Part shown: positions 19,676 through 29,802 of the stretch, in pieces
How positions within the stretch are numbered: position 1 is the stretch's first letter
Layout of the letters: every line of letters starts with the position of its first letter
Assembly: GCA_913043225.1 (NCBI GenBank)
Contig: CAJWLU010000017.1
Coordinates: forward strand, 1 to 64,000
DNA: 64,000 nt
Source of the DNA: an uncultured Acidobacteriota bacterium
Lineage (GTDB): Bacteria; Acidobacteriota; Vicinamibacteria; Vicinamibacterales; UBA8438
Reading direction: 5' to 3'
Notes under the pieces: generated by a model
Database searches by the model: none
Told to the model about the DNA's origin: nothing
The model's input: the letters and a program-made list of their open reading frames with translations, nothing else
Translations under genes and position numbers: made by a program

Positions 19676-22600
19676 TTAGGTTCTGGCGGGTGCCGGTTCC
19701 TTGGTCAACGGAGGTTCGACCGGCGATGGCGCCGGCTCGGTCGTAGGCTCACCGCCAAATAGCCGCCGCACTCCCTGGGTGATGTCGTCCAGGATCAGAT
19801 AGGAAGAGGGTACCAGAATCAGCGTGATGAAGGTGGCGAAGACCACGCCGAAGGCGAGTGACACTGCCATCGGGATGAGGAACTGCGCCCCGAAACTATC
19901 CTCGAACATCAACGGCATTAACCCGACGAACGTGGTCAGCGAAGTGAGTAGAATCGGTCGGACACGGCCTTCACCCGCTTCCTTGAGTGCCGTGATCAGG
20001 TCGCCGAGCCGAGCCCGTCGACGGTTGATGGAGTCGACCATCACCAGGCTGTCGTTGACCACCACCCCGGTCAGTGCGACCAATCCGAACATCGACATCA
20101 TCGTCACGTCGAGGTCGAGGAGAATGTGCCCCCAGACGGCTCCGACGAGTCCGAACGGGATCGCGCTCATGATGATGAGCGGCTGTGCGTAGGACCGCAG
20201 CGGAATGGCGAGCAACGCAAAGATCATCAGTAGCGCCAACCCGAACCCTTGCTGGAGCCCGCCAACCGCATCACGCTGCTCCGCCTGCGCGCCTTCGAAC
20301 GAGTAGCTGACGCCGGGGAACCCCGCGAGCACGTCCGGTAAAATGTTCGCCTCGAGGTCGGTGATGACTGTCTGCGCGGAGGTGACGCTTGCGTCGACGG
20401 CGGCTGTGACGTTGATCGCCCGCTGTCGGTCCACGCGCGTGATGGTCGCGAAGCCCCGTCCCGGCTCAACGATCGCCACCTGCCGGAACGGTACCTCGCC
20501 GCCGTCTGGCGTGCGAATCCGCATGTTGTCGAGGTCGCCCAGCGACCGTCGCTCGTGCTCGGGGTAGCGCACCATCACCCGGACATCGTCCCGACCACGC
20601 TGGATCCGCTGGGCTTCTTCGCCGTAGAACGCCTGGCGCACCTGTCGCCCGAGGTCCTGCAGCGTCAGGCCGATCGTCTCGGCGGCGGGCCGGATCCCGA
20701 GCTTCATCTCCTGCTTGCCCCGCTGGAACGAGTCGGAGATCTCGAAGACGCCAGCATAGCTCCCGAGCGACTCCTGTACCATATCTGCCGCCGCGCGAAG
20801 CTCGTCGATGTCGCTTCCGGTGAGCTGTACGTCGACGTCGTCACCCGGGGTCATCGCCGTGGTCGTGAACTTGACCTCCGATGCCTCCGGAATCAGCCCG
20901 GTGAGTTCCCTCCAGCGGTTGCCCATGGCCTCGCTGTTCATCGACCGGTCTTCCGATCGGGCTAGTTCGACCGTGACCTCGCCCAGGTTCGACGAGGCGC
21001 GGTCGAGGATCGCGCCGAAGGGACTGCCTCCCTGCGCCGCCATCGGTTGGTCGCCAATCGAGGAGTACACGTGCCGGAACGGGTCGGCTCCGTCGCGCGC
21101 GATCATCTCCTTGCGCAGCCGGTTGGCGCCGTCTTCGAGCCGTGCGATCGCTCGGGAGGTGCCAGAGGCCGGTGTTCCCTGCGGCATGGTGATCGAGGCC
21201 GATACGAAGTCAGCTTCGATGTTTGGGAAGAAGTGGAAGCTTGCCCACCCGCCGAGCACCATGCCGATGGTAAGGATCAGGCTGGCCGCACCTAGTGCTG
21301 CCGTGGCGTAGCGCCAACGAAGCGCCACGTCCAGCGCCGGCCGATACACCTCGCGGATGACCCACCGGAGTCCGCCGGTGAACAGCCCTTGGAACCGCTT
21401 CCAGAGACTCGGCGCACTCGGCTTCTTTGGCACTTTGGACAGGTGCGCCGGGAGAATCTGCAGCGATTCGACCAGTGAGAACAGGAGACACGGAATCACC
21501 ACTAGGGGGATGACCCGAAAGACCTTCCCCATCATTCCGGGCACGAGCATCAGCGGCACGAAGGCCGCGACACTGGTCAGCACGGCGAAGATCACGGGCG
21601 TCGCGATTTCCTGTGCGCCTTCGATCGAGCCACGCAGGCCCTCCCCGTGACGTTCTTGATGCGTGTAGATGTTCTCGCCAACGATAATCGCGTCGTCCAC
21701 GACGATGCCCAGTACCAGGATGAAGGCGAACAGGGAGATCTCGTTGATCGACACCTCGAGACCCGGCATCAACCAGAGGGCGCCAAAGAACGATATTGGG
21801 ATACCGAGACTCGTCCACAGTGCGAGGCGCAGTTCAAGGAACAGGGTCAGCACCAGGAACACCAGAACGAACCCGGTAGCACCGTTGCGGAGCAGCAGCG
21901 TCAGGCGGTCGTCGAGGATCTGGGCTTGGTCCTGCCAGGTGGTCAGCGAGATGCCCGCGGGCAGCCAGGCCGAGGAGTCGTCGACGTAGCCCTTGACGAC
22001 CTGGGAGATTTTCAGCGCGCTCTGTTCGCCAGTGCGGAAGACCGACACCAGGACCGATGGCTCGACATCGAATCGAGCCATCTGGTCCGTCTCGGCGAAG
22101 CCGTCGACGACAGTCGCCACCTCGCCCAGATGGAGTCGACTCCCATCCGGGTGCGTCCACACAACCAGATCCTCGTACTCATTTCCGCGGTAGGCCTGGC
22201 CGATGGTGCGAAGCAGAATCTCGCCCCCCTCGGTGCGCACTGATCCACCGGGCAGATCAAGCGAAGAGCGGCGTACGGCGTTGGCGACCTGGTCGAACGA
22301 CAGGCCGTGGCGTCGCAGCGCGGCCTCGGAGACCTCGATCGAGATCTCATAGGGCCGGGCGTTGACCAGATCGACCTGGGTGATGTCCGGAAACGCTGAA
22401 AGGTCATCTCGGACGCGTTCGGCGACCGTCTTCAGAGTGAGTTCATCGGTCGGGCCGACGACAGCGACGTCGATTACCCGCTGTCTCGATGTCATCTCTC
22501 GGACGACCGGCTTCTCGGTCTCCACCGGGAAGGTGTCGATCGCGTCAACGTTGCTCTTGACGTCGTCAACGACCTTCCGCGCGTCAGCACCCAGCTCGAG

Positions 22601-22885
22601 CTCGATCATCACCATGCCCTGGCCTTCGGACGCACTGGAGCGGATCCGCTTGATGCCGTCGATGCCCTGGATCGCTTCTTCGATCCGGATGTTGACCGCT
22701 GCTTCGACCTCTTCGGGCGCAGCTCCGAGATACGGCACCTCGATGGTGATCATGTCGAGCGAGAATTCCGGGAACACCTCCTGCTTGACGGTGAAGGCGG
22801 AGATCGCCCCGCTGACGATGACGAACACCATTAGCAGGTTTGCGGCGACGGTGTTGCGGGCGAACCAGTCGATGACCCGGTTCAT
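19676..22885 (-). CDS. RND efflux permease (AcrB/MdtB-like)
   Basis: 1069 aa; LGIVVDDAIIVGENI, GVVVNDSLV and RVRPILLTSLTT. Confidence 0.95.
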   Translation of the reverse strand: MNRVIDWFARNTVAANLLMVFVIVSGAISAFTVKQEVFPEFSLDMITIEVPYLGAAPEEVEAAVNIRIEEAIQGIDGIKRIRSSASEGQGMVMIELELGADARKVVDDVKSNVDAIDTFPVETEKPVVREMTSRQRVIDVAVVGPTDELTLKTVAERVRDDLSAFPDITQVDLVNARPYEISIEVSEAALRRHGLSFDQVANAVRRSSLDLPGGSVRTEGGEILLRTIGQAYRGNEYEDLVVWTHPDGSRLHLGEVATVVDGFAETDQMARFDVEPSVLVSVFRTGEQSALKISQVVKGYVDDSSAWLPAGISLTTWQDQAQILDDRLTLLLRNGATGFVLVFLVLTLFLELRLALWTSLGIPISFFGALWLMPGLEVSINEISLFAFILVLGIVVDDAIIVGENIYTHQERHGEGLRGSIEGAQEIATPVIFAVLTSVAAFVPLMLVPGMMGKVFRVIPLVVIPCLLFSLVESLQILPAHLSKVPKKPSAPSLWKRFQGLFTGGLRWVIREVYRPALDVALRWRYATAALGAASLILTIGMVLGGWASFHFFPNIEADFVSASITMPQGTPASGTSRAIARLEDGANRLRKEMIARDGADPFRHVYSSIGDQPMAAQGGSPFGAILDRASSNLGEVTVELARSEDRSMNSEAMGNRWRELTGLIPEASEVKFTTTAMTPGDDVDVQLTGSDIDELRAAADMVQESLGSYAGVFEISDSFQRGKQEMKLGIRPAAETIGLTLQDLGRQVRQAFYGEEAQRIQRGRDDVRVMVRYPEHERRSLGDLDNMRIRTPDGGEVPFRQVAIVEPGRGFATITRVDRQRAINVTAAVDASVTSAQTVITDLEANILPDVLAGFPGVSYSFEGAQAEQRDAVGGLQQGFGLALLMIFALLAIPLRSYAQPLIIMSAIPFGLVGAVWGHILLDLDVTMMSMFGLVALTGVVVNDSLVMVDSINRRRARLGDLITALKEAGEGRVRPILLTSLTTFVGLMPLMFEDSFGAQFLIPMAVSLAFGVVFATFITLILVPSSYLILDDITQGVRRLFGGEPTTEPAPSPVEPPLTKEPAPART

Positions 22886-25362
22886 GGGCGCCTCTGGGCG
22901 GCCGCGTCGGCTAACTGCGTGGCCTGGGTTTCGACGGCGTCTCGCAAGGTACTGACGACCTCATGCAGTAGTTCGGGAAGCTGGTCGACCGGACCGTCGA
23001 CCTTGACCGTCTCGAGGAATGCGCCGCTGGCCACGTCGAGCAGGCGTGCGGTCAGTCGCAGCTGACCGGCCACCTGCTGGAAGCCGCCGCCGACCAACCA
23101 AAGAGCCTGACGGGAGGCGGCTGCGGGCAGCGCTTTCGCGTCGTCGGTCTGGTCGTCGAGCGGCACCATCACCACCGCCGTGAGCTCGATGAGCCCACCA
23201 GCTACGGCCGCGGTGACTGCTTGTTGAATCCTGGCGTCGCCCGGATTCCTGGAGAGGTTGGCGAACTGCGCTACTGCGACGCGCGGGCGGCGATCCCTGG
23301 CCACGCGCTCAGTCGGTGGGTCCGCCGCCGCGGATGGGTCGCCCAAGTTGAGCTGGGTCCGGAGTCGAGCCACCAGGCTGTCGGTGAGCGACTCGATGTC
23401 ATCCGCTGAGCCATCCAGCTTGATCGAGTCCTGGAGCGTGCCGTCGGAGACGGCCAGTAACCGGCCAGTCACGCGCAGCTGATTGCCGATCCGTTGGAAA
23501 CCGCCACCAATCAGCCATCTGGCGTTGCGCCCGGCCGCAGCGTCGAGTGCCGTTGCCTCGCTGTTGGCCGCCAGTGAGACGATGTCAAGGCCGACCGTGT
23601 CGAAGGCCGTGCGCAGCACGCCGTCGATCGCATCCGTGATGGCGTCGTCGGCCGGATTTCGGGAGAGGTTGGCGAATGGCAGCACCGCGACGCGAGGTCG
23701 ACTGGTACGAGGTGTCGACGAGACATCCGGCGCGGGCGCACCAGCCGGAGCTTGGGCCCGGGACGGTGGTTCCGCCGCGGGCGCCGGTGGCTCAGGTGCC
23801 GCGGGTACGGCTGGAGGTGAGGGTGTCTCGGTAGGTGGTGTCCTCCGCTCACCGGTCGGCCCTCGCCGGCCAGCCGGCCGTCCGGCACGTTCTAGCCGTC
23901 TTGGCCCGCGCCGAGCTGGCGGCGCTTCCGAGACCTCCGTGGCTGGTGGGCTTGCCGCTTCAGCGTCACCCTCGGTGTTCTGTAGCGCCGAGATCTTGTT
24001 GCGAATCGCTGCGATCTGCTCCTCGCGGCTCATCGACGGGTCTAGTACCAGACGGTCCGGGGGAGGTTGGCGAGCGGCGGCTAGAGCCGGCCGCTCCGCC
24101 TGGGGTTCGGGTGCCGATGGTGTTGCAGCGGCGGCCGGGGGTGTGGGTTGAGTGGCGGGAGTTCCCTCGGCGGTCGCCATCGCGTCCCCGTTGTCTCCGA
24201 GCACGCGGACGGCCATACCGTCGGTGACCGTGTCGAGTGCCGAGATGCACACGACTTCGCCCTCGGCGAGACCGCTGCTAATTAGCACACTGTCGGTGGT
24301 TGAGCGCAGCACTTCGACGTCACGGAAACGGAGGCGGCCTCCGTCTTCGACCACCAGCACCTGGTTCCGGCCTCTCAGCGCCGCCCACGGCAGTTCGACC
24401 ACGTTATCGGCTCGGCGTCCAGTGATTTCCGCCTCCACAAACATTCCTGCCGCCAGCGGTGGCCGTGATGGATCGTCGCTGGCACCATACGGGTCGGCGA
24501 CTTCCGCGACCACATGGACCATGCGGCTGACTGGATCGATCTCGCTCTCGGTCCGGACGATCCGACCCTGCCAGGTGTGGCGGCGGCCGGCGAAGTCGGT
24601 CACCAGCGTGACCCGGGGGCCGGTCTGCTGCTGGTTGCCCCGATAGGACATCGGCACGTCGACATAGGCCAGCTCCTCATCCGGCAGCGGGAGCCGGATC
24701 TCAGCGGAGTCCACGGCATAGATGCGTCCGACGGTGTTGCCTTTGTTGACGAACTGTCCGACGTCGACATCCTTGCTCTGCACGCGTCCGGCGTATGGTG
24801 CCTTGACTTCCGACCGCTCGAGGTCGCGTTCGGCACGTTCGAGCGCTGCCTCCGCCGCGGCAACGGCGGCGCGCGCGTCCTCGACCTGGGGCTGCCGAAG
24901 GGTCAGGGCGGTGGCGTTGCCGCGTCCGATCTCCTCCCATTCGCGGCGGGCGACCTCTGCCTCCGCTTCCTCCTGGGCGAGACGCAGCTTCGCTTGTGCG
25001 AGCTGCGACCGTCCGCTGATGACCGCCTGCTGATAGTCGTAGGGATCGATCTTGAGCAGCACGTCACCTTCTTCGAAGAAGCCGCCGACGGCGAACGATG
25101 GTGAGACCTCGATGACGCTGCCCGAGATCTCGGGAACCAGCTGACTGCTAGTCCGCGGCTGGACGGTGCCCTGGCTGCTGACGGTCAGGTCGACAGACGA
25201 CATCTCGACGCGCTGTACTCGCACGCTGGGCGGCTCGATCACGGGAGTGCGGGTTTCGACCGGTGGTCGGTTGATGTACATCACGTAGGCGGCGCCAACG
25301 GCGCCCGCCAGGACGACCAGCGGAAGAAGGACCTTCAGGGGACGAATGAAGACTTGTGACAT
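22882..25362 (-). CDS. RND periplasmic adaptor (MFP) with a long C-terminal extension carrying two TolB-N-like domains
   Basis: HlyD-type N-terminal half (VPEISG, VKAPYAG, IDPVSR, GMFVEAEI), then a Pro/Ala linker and two VAV..FANLSRNP repeats. Confidence 0.88.
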   Translation of the reverse strand: MSQVFIRPLKVLLPLVVLAGAVGAAYVMYINRPPVETRTPVIEPPSVRVQRVEMSSVDLTVSSQGTVQPRTSSQLVPEISGSVIEVSPSFAVGGFFEEGDVLLKIDPYDYQQAVISGRSQLAQAKLRLAQEEAEAEVARREWEEIGRGNATALTLRQPQVEDARAAVAAAEAALERAERDLERSEVKAPYAGRVQSKDVDVGQFVNKGNTVGRIYAVDSAEIRLPLPDEELAYVDVPMSYRGNQQQTGPRVTLVTDFAGRRHTWQGRIVRTESEIDPVSRMVHVVAEVADPYGASDDPSRPPLAAGMFVEAEITGRRADNVVELPWAALRGRNQVLVVEDGGRLRFRDVEVLRSTTDSVLISSGLAEGEVVCISALDTVTDGMAVRVLGDNGDAMATAEGTPATQPTPPAAAATPSAPEPQAERPALAAARQPPPDRLVLDPSMSREEQIAAIRNKISALQNTEGDAEAASPPATEVSEAPPARRGPRRLERAGRPAGRRGPTGERRTPPTETPSPPAVPAAPEPPAPAAEPPSRAQAPAGAPAPDVSSTPRTSRPRVAVLPFANLSRNPADDAITDAIDGVLRTAFDTVGLDIVSLAANSEATALDAAAGRNARWLIGGGFQRIGNQLRVTGRLLAVSDGTLQDSIKLDGSADDIESLTDSLVARLRTQLNLGDPSAAADPPTERVARDRRPRVAVAQFANLSRNPGDARIQQAVTAAVAGGLIELTAVVMVPLDDQTDDAKALPAAASRQALWLVGGGFQQVAGQLRLTARLLDVASGAFLETVKVDGPVDQLPELLHEVVSTLRDAVETQATQLADAAAQRRP

Positions 25363-25380
25363 TGGTTGACGCTCGCTTCG

Positions 25381-26802
25381 TTACTGTTCGGTGCTGGTGG
25401 CCGATTCCTGGTCGAACCCCCCACCCAGAGCCAGATACAGATCAACACGGTTTTCGAGGCGCTGACGACGCGCCGCGATCAGGTCGCCTTCGGCCTGCAG
25501 GGCCAGCCGCTGCGATTCAAGGACGGTGATGTAGTCATCGAGACCGGTGCGATACCGATCGTCGGCTAGGGCCTCGGCTGCCCGCGACTGTTCGGCCGAG
25601 GTGGCGAGGAATCGCTGGCGCCCGGTCAGAAACTCCTCGGCCGCGAGCGCGGTTTCGACTTCGGAGAATGCCAGCAGCGCGGTGTTGGCGTAGACGGCAA
25701 GTTCCTCTGCCGTTCTCGCTTCGGCGCGATCGACGCCGGCTCTAAGACGGCCACCCTGGAACAGCGGTTGCACGATGTTGCCAAGCAGGCTCCATACCCC
25801 GAAGTTGCCGTTGATCAGCTCCTGCAGCGCGCTGGTGGCCGTACCGGCGTTACTGGTTAGCGAGATGCGCGGGTAGAGCTCGCCACGCGCGACCTGCCAG
25901 CGCTGGCGGGCAGAGGTGATGCGGCGCTCGGCGGCGACGAGATCCGGGCGACGCGATACTAGGTCGGCTGGAAGCCCTCCGGGAATGGTGGCTGGCGCGT
26001 CGGGGAGGTTCTCGGGCGCATCGAGGTCGCCGCTGGCATAGCGGCCCATCAACACCTCGACCTGCCGGATCGCCGCGTCGAGCTGCTGACGGCGCTGTTC
26101 GCGTAAGGCTTCAGCGTTCGCCAGGTTCGAGAGGGCCAGTCGGACATCGAGCGAGGGGCGGAGGCCTTGTTCGAATCGGTCGCGCACCTGTTCGGACGAC
26201 GTGCGGAAACTGTCGACGGAGGCTTCCGCCAGCCGGAGCTGTTGACTGGCCTCAGCGATGGTGAACCAGGCCTTGGTAGTCTGTCCGGCCAGCGACAGCT
26301 GGGCGGCGCGTAAGTCGGCCGCCCGGGACTGGAGATCCGCCAGAGCCGCGCGAGCGCCGGCTCGCAGTCGTCCCCACAGATCCGGTTCCCAGGCGACGTC
26401 CAGCGAAACGCCGTAGTTGGAGAAGATCGTGCTCAGCACCTGATCTTCGGCGCCCGGAATCGGAAAGCCGATGAAGTTCTGCTTACGCTTCGAGCCGTTA
26501 AGGCCCACCTGGGCCGTTGGCAGCAGGTCGGCGCCTGCGATACGAGAGTCCGCGGCCGCCTGGTCGAGGCGGGCAGCGGCGGCCTGCAGGTCGTAGTTGT
26601 TGCTCAGCGCGCTGGCAATGACGGCGTCCAGACCTGGATCGCCGAAGTCGGTCCACCAGTCGAGTTTGGGTAAGCCGTTGGTGCTGGCATCGGTGGTCCA
26701 GGCCGCCGGCGTTTCCACCTGGAGCGCGGGCGGCTCCACCGGCGGGGCCGAGGCACAGCCCACCGTCACGAGCATCGTGGTCACCAGGAGCGGCCGCGTC
26801 AT
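25381..26802 (-). CDS. Outer-membrane efflux lipoprotein (NodT/OprM family)
   Basis: Lipobox VGC; WW.DFGDP.L, AL.NNYDL, WE.DLWG, RRPD..AAE and LYLALGGG. Confidence 0.95.
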   Translation of the reverse strand: MTRPLLVTTMLVTVGCASAPPVEPPALQVETPAAWTTDASTNGLPKLDWWTDFGDPGLDAVIASALSNNYDLQAAAARLDQAAADSRIAGADLLPTAQVGLNGSKRKQNFIGFPIPGAEDQVLSTIFSNYGVSLDVAWEPDLWGRLRAGARAALADLQSRAADLRAAQLSLAGQTTKAWFTIAEASQQLRLAEASVDSFRTSSEQVRDRFEQGLRPSLDVRLALSNLANAEALREQRRQQLDAAIRQVEVLMGRYASGDLDAPENLPDAPATIPGGLPADLVSRRPDLVAAERRITSARQRWQVARGELYPRISLTSNAGTATSALQELINGNFGVWSLLGNIVQPLFQGGRLRAGVDRAEARTAEELAVYANTALLAFSEVETALAAEEFLTGRQRFLATSAEQSRAAEALADDRYRTGLDDYITVLESQRLALQAEGDLIAARRQRLENRVDLYLALGGGFDQESATSTEQ

Positions 26803-27464
26803 CGCGCCCCTCCAGCTGGCATCGCCACCGGCTTCGGCGCGGGGGCGCTCATCCCGTCGGCGGCGAACTGGACCAGCGCTTCGAGAATCTCGCCGGGTTC
26901 CCGCCGTGCCCTTGGGTCGGTGCCGATAATCGAGGCAGCCCAGGTCATGGTGTGCGCCATCGAGCCGACGAGGAACAGCATGCGCCAGTGCACGTCGCCC
27001 GCCGGCACCCCGGGGAGGCTGCGCTGGAAGGCGGTGGAGTACCGCGCGAACACGGCGTCGAACTGCCGGATGAACTTGGCTCGCAGGTCCTGGTCGACCT
27101 CGGCATGAATCCGGCCGACCAGCTTCAGGATCTTCGGTTCGCTCTTGCCCAGCGACCAGCGCTCGAACATCGGGGCGAGAAACGCCCTAACGAGAGCTTC
27201 GACGCTGACCGCACTGCCGCCTGCTTTCCGCTCCAGTTCGTCCAGGCGCTCGAGTCGGTCCCGGTTGATCGGGGCGGCCGTCCGCTCGACGACGGCAATG
27301 AGCAGCGCCTCCTTGGAGCCGAAGTGGTAGTTGACGGCTGCCAGGTTCACGTCGGCCTCGTTCGTGATGTCGCGCATTGAAGTGGCCGGAAAACCGTAGT
27401 CGGCAAATAGTTGCTCGGCTGCGTCGAGGATCCGGTGCTTGGTGTCTGTTGCCATGGAGCTCAT
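26799..27464 (-). CDS. TetR family regulator, PsrA-like
   Basis: RILDAAEQLFA..GF and VNLAAVNYHFGSKE; C-terminal WRMLFLVGSMA. Confidence 0.9.
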   Translation of the reverse strand: MSSMATDTKHRILDAAEQLFADYGFPATSMRDITNEADVNLAAVNYHFGSKEALLIAVVERTAAPINRDRLERLDELERKAGGSAVSVEALVRAFLAPMFERWSLGKSEPKILKLVGRIHAEVDQDLRAKFIRQFDAVFARYSTAFQRSLPGVPAGDVHWRMLFLVGSMAHTMTWAASIIGTDPRARREPGEILEALVQFAADGMSAPAPKPVAMPAGGAR

Positions 27465-27488
27465 CGGAAAACGGAGGGAACGATAAAA

Positions 27489-27518
27489 TTGAAACGATCA
27501 TTTGAATCATACGTTTAA
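27489..27518. promoter_or_regulatory. Tandem PsrA-type operator
   Basis: TTGAAACGATCATTTGAATCATACGTTTAA: two overlapping near-palindromes resembling the PsrA box (AAAC-N4-GTTT), directly upstream of the TetR gene. Confidence 0.7.
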
Positions 27519-27583
27519 TAGCGGGAGAAGTTCAATTCCTGATGCTCAGGCCTATGAGCCAGGGGGAGGAACAGGCGGATCGA

Positions 27584-28255
27584 TCAGTTGCCGACGTCGT
27601 ACAGGGTCTGGATCCGTCGCACGTCGTTGGCCGACAGTCCCGAATGTGTCGCGATCTGGTCGAGCGAGTCCAGCCGCTGGCGATAGCGTTCGAAGAAGAC
27701 CGAGGCTTGGTCTACGGTGTCGAAGTCGACCATGATGTCACGCTGATTGTCTGAGTGAGACAGGCCTAGCGCGTGGCCCAGTTCGTGGAGGCAGGTCAGG
27801 TAGACAACTGTGGCCCTGAAGACCGAATCCTCTGCCGCGCGCCGGTCAACTTCGGCACCGAAGCCGCTCGTTCTGGGGTGGATCCGCAGCACGGCGCCAC
27901 GCCGGCCGTTCACCAGCACCGGCCGCATATCACCGAACCGTCCGGTCTCGCCGCCGGTCCACTCGATGGTCACCTGAGCGTCCTCGGGCGGTCCTGCGCG
28001 AAACTCCAGCTGTCCCTGTAGCGCGCGTTGCCAGGCGCCCGCCGCCCAGTGGGCCAACTGGGCATCCCCCGGTTGGTAGCCGATGTCCGGGGCGCCGGCC
28101 TGGATCGAGAGCATGAGCGGATGGTCCGTCGAGAGCCGATCCAGGGTGGGAACGGTGGCCGATCGGATGGCGAGGAGCGCGGTAACCATGCCCACCACTC
28201 CCAGGCCGACCGCCGCTCGCTCGAATTTGGTCCACCTTGACGTTGAGACCATCAT
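27584..28255 (-). CDS. Matrixin-like (metzincin) metalloprotease
   Basis: HELGHALGLSHS zinc motif with a DIM Met-turn; N-terminal TM segment. Confidence 0.85.
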   Translation of the reverse strand: MMVSTSRWTKFERAAVGLGVVGMVTALLAIRSATVPTLDRLSTDHPLMLSIQAGAPDIGYQPGDAQLAHWAAGAWQRALQGQLEFRAGPPEDAQVTIEWTGGETGRFGDMRPVLVNGRRGAVLRIHPRTSGFGAEVDRRAAEDSVFRATVVYLTCLHELGHALGLSHSDNQRDIMVDFDTVDQASVFFERYRQRLDSLDQIATHSGLSANDVRRIQTLYDVGN

Positions 28256-28389
28256 CGCATCCTACCTTCAAGAATCAGTTGAAACCTCCCGGCGACCCCG
28301 GTATTCTTCCCGCCTAGTACCCATCCGCTGAAGGTGGGGCGGCGCCGTTTGCGCGGCCGTGGCTGGCTGATCGACGTACGGGGGAGCAT

Positions 28390-29211
28390 ATGGAACTGTT
28401 TCAAACAGGCACCGATCCGTGGGGGCAGGAGATTCTGATCCGCATCTCTTGGTCACTCCTGACCATCTCCTTCTGGGCGGGTATCGCGTTCGTGCTCTTC
28501 CACGCGGTCTACTCGGTGGTCTGGAAGCCGAAGCTGGCTGTCGAGGGCGGCGACGTGTCCGGAGCGGTGGCCGAAGGGATTCCGGAAAAGATTGTGCGCC
28601 ACACGGGCGCGGCCCGCATGTTTCACTGGGTGATGGCAGCATCCATGCTGGTGTTGCTCGCCACCGGGTTCCTGCCGATCGTCGGGTTGGAGTTCGCGTG
28701 GCTCAACATCCACTGGATAGCCGGCCTGATTCTGATTCTGTGCATCCTCTACCACATCGTCCACGCTTCGTTCTTCCTGGACTTCTGGTCGATCTGGATC
28801 CTGCCGGCCGACCTGAAGGAGGCGATCCAGCGGACCAAGCGGCAGATGGGTCAGTCGGCCGACGTTGGCAAGCACGGGAAGTACCCGCTTGACCACAAGC
28901 TGTATCACCTCGCAGTGTCGATCTTCGGGCTGCTTGTGTCGATTACCGGCCTGCTGATGATGCTTCGTATCGACACGCCCATCATCCCTCGCAACGACGC
29001 GTTCTTCAGTGAAGGCGACTGGGGGGTCTTGTACTCGATTCACGGGTTTGCGGCGATCTTGTTCGTGGCGCTGACGATCACGCACATCTATTTTGCCGTG
29101 CGGCCAGACAAGCTGTGGATCACCAAGTCGATGATCTTCGGTTGGGTGAGCCGTTCCGACTATCTGTCGCACTTTGACCCCAGCAAATGGAAGATCGACT
29201 CGAAGAGCTAG
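28390..29211 (+). CDS. Di-heme cytochrome b (FdnI/HyaC-like)
   Basis: R.FHWVMA, IHWIAG, GKY...HKLYH, IHG and HIYFA...SMIFGWV. Confidence 0.85.
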   Translation: MELFQTGTDPWGQEILIRISWSLLTISFWAGIAFVLFHAVYSVVWKPKLAVEGGDVSGAVAEGIPEKIVRHTGAARMFHWVMAASMLVLLATGFLPIVGLEFAWLNIHWIAGLILILCILYHIVHASFFLDFWSIWILPADLKEAIQRTKRQMGQSADVGKHGKYPLDHKLYHLAVSIFGLLVSITGLLMMLRIDTPIIPRNDAFFSEGDWGVLYSIHGFAAILFVALTITHIYFAVRPDKLWITKSMIFGWVSRSDYLSHFDPSKWKIDSKS

Positions 29212-29251
29212 CCGGGGGACGGCGGATCACGGCTCGGGCTGGGACAGGCGT

Positions 29252-29719
29252 GTGACGGACTCATCGACATCGGCGCTGCGCGCGCGGATCAACGCTATCG
29301 AAGGGAGCTACGAGCTCTTCCTGGGGTACGCGGCCAAAGGCTCGCGCGGTGGCCCGGGCAGCGGCGACGGCAGTGTGCGTACCGCCATCGAGCAGATGGA
29401 CCGGTCGCTCGAGGGCCTCGGAGAGTTTTTAGCCGCGACGGTGCGGGAGCGTGGGCTCGAACCGCTGGCTGCCTACGACGGGTTCATCACGGTCCTCAGT
29501 CAAGACGCTCTGCAGTCTCGCGCCGCGCTTCAGCTCGTGGCTGCGCAAGAGACCATCAGCAGTGCGGTCATCGACAACCTGAACGGGTCGATCCATCTCC
29601 GCGCCATCCTCACCGATCTGTTTCTCATCGATGAGATCCTCCGGCCGCGCGCCTCGGAAGGGATCCCGGCGGCCGCGCTGGCTAACGAAAAACCTCCGCC
29701 TCCGGACAAGACGTCCTGA
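29252..29719 (+). CDS. Hypothetical helical protein
   Basis: Coding-like reading frame; IEGSYELFLGYAA...ISSAVIDNLNGSIHLRAILTDLFLIDE. GTG start assumed. Confidence 0.7.
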   Translation: MTDSSTSALRARINAIEGSYELFLGYAAKGSRGGPGSGDGSVRTAIEQMDRSLEGLGEFLAATVRERGLEPLAAYDGFITVLSQDALQSRAALQLVAAQETISSAVIDNLNGSIHLRAILTDLFLIDEILRPRASEGIPAAALANEKPPPPDKTS

Positions 29720-29802
29720 GCGCGTTGTGACCGCAGTGACGGCGGTCACACACCCCGCGATCGGCGCCGACGGTCTGCGCCGACGACCGTACGGAGTTGC
29801 GC

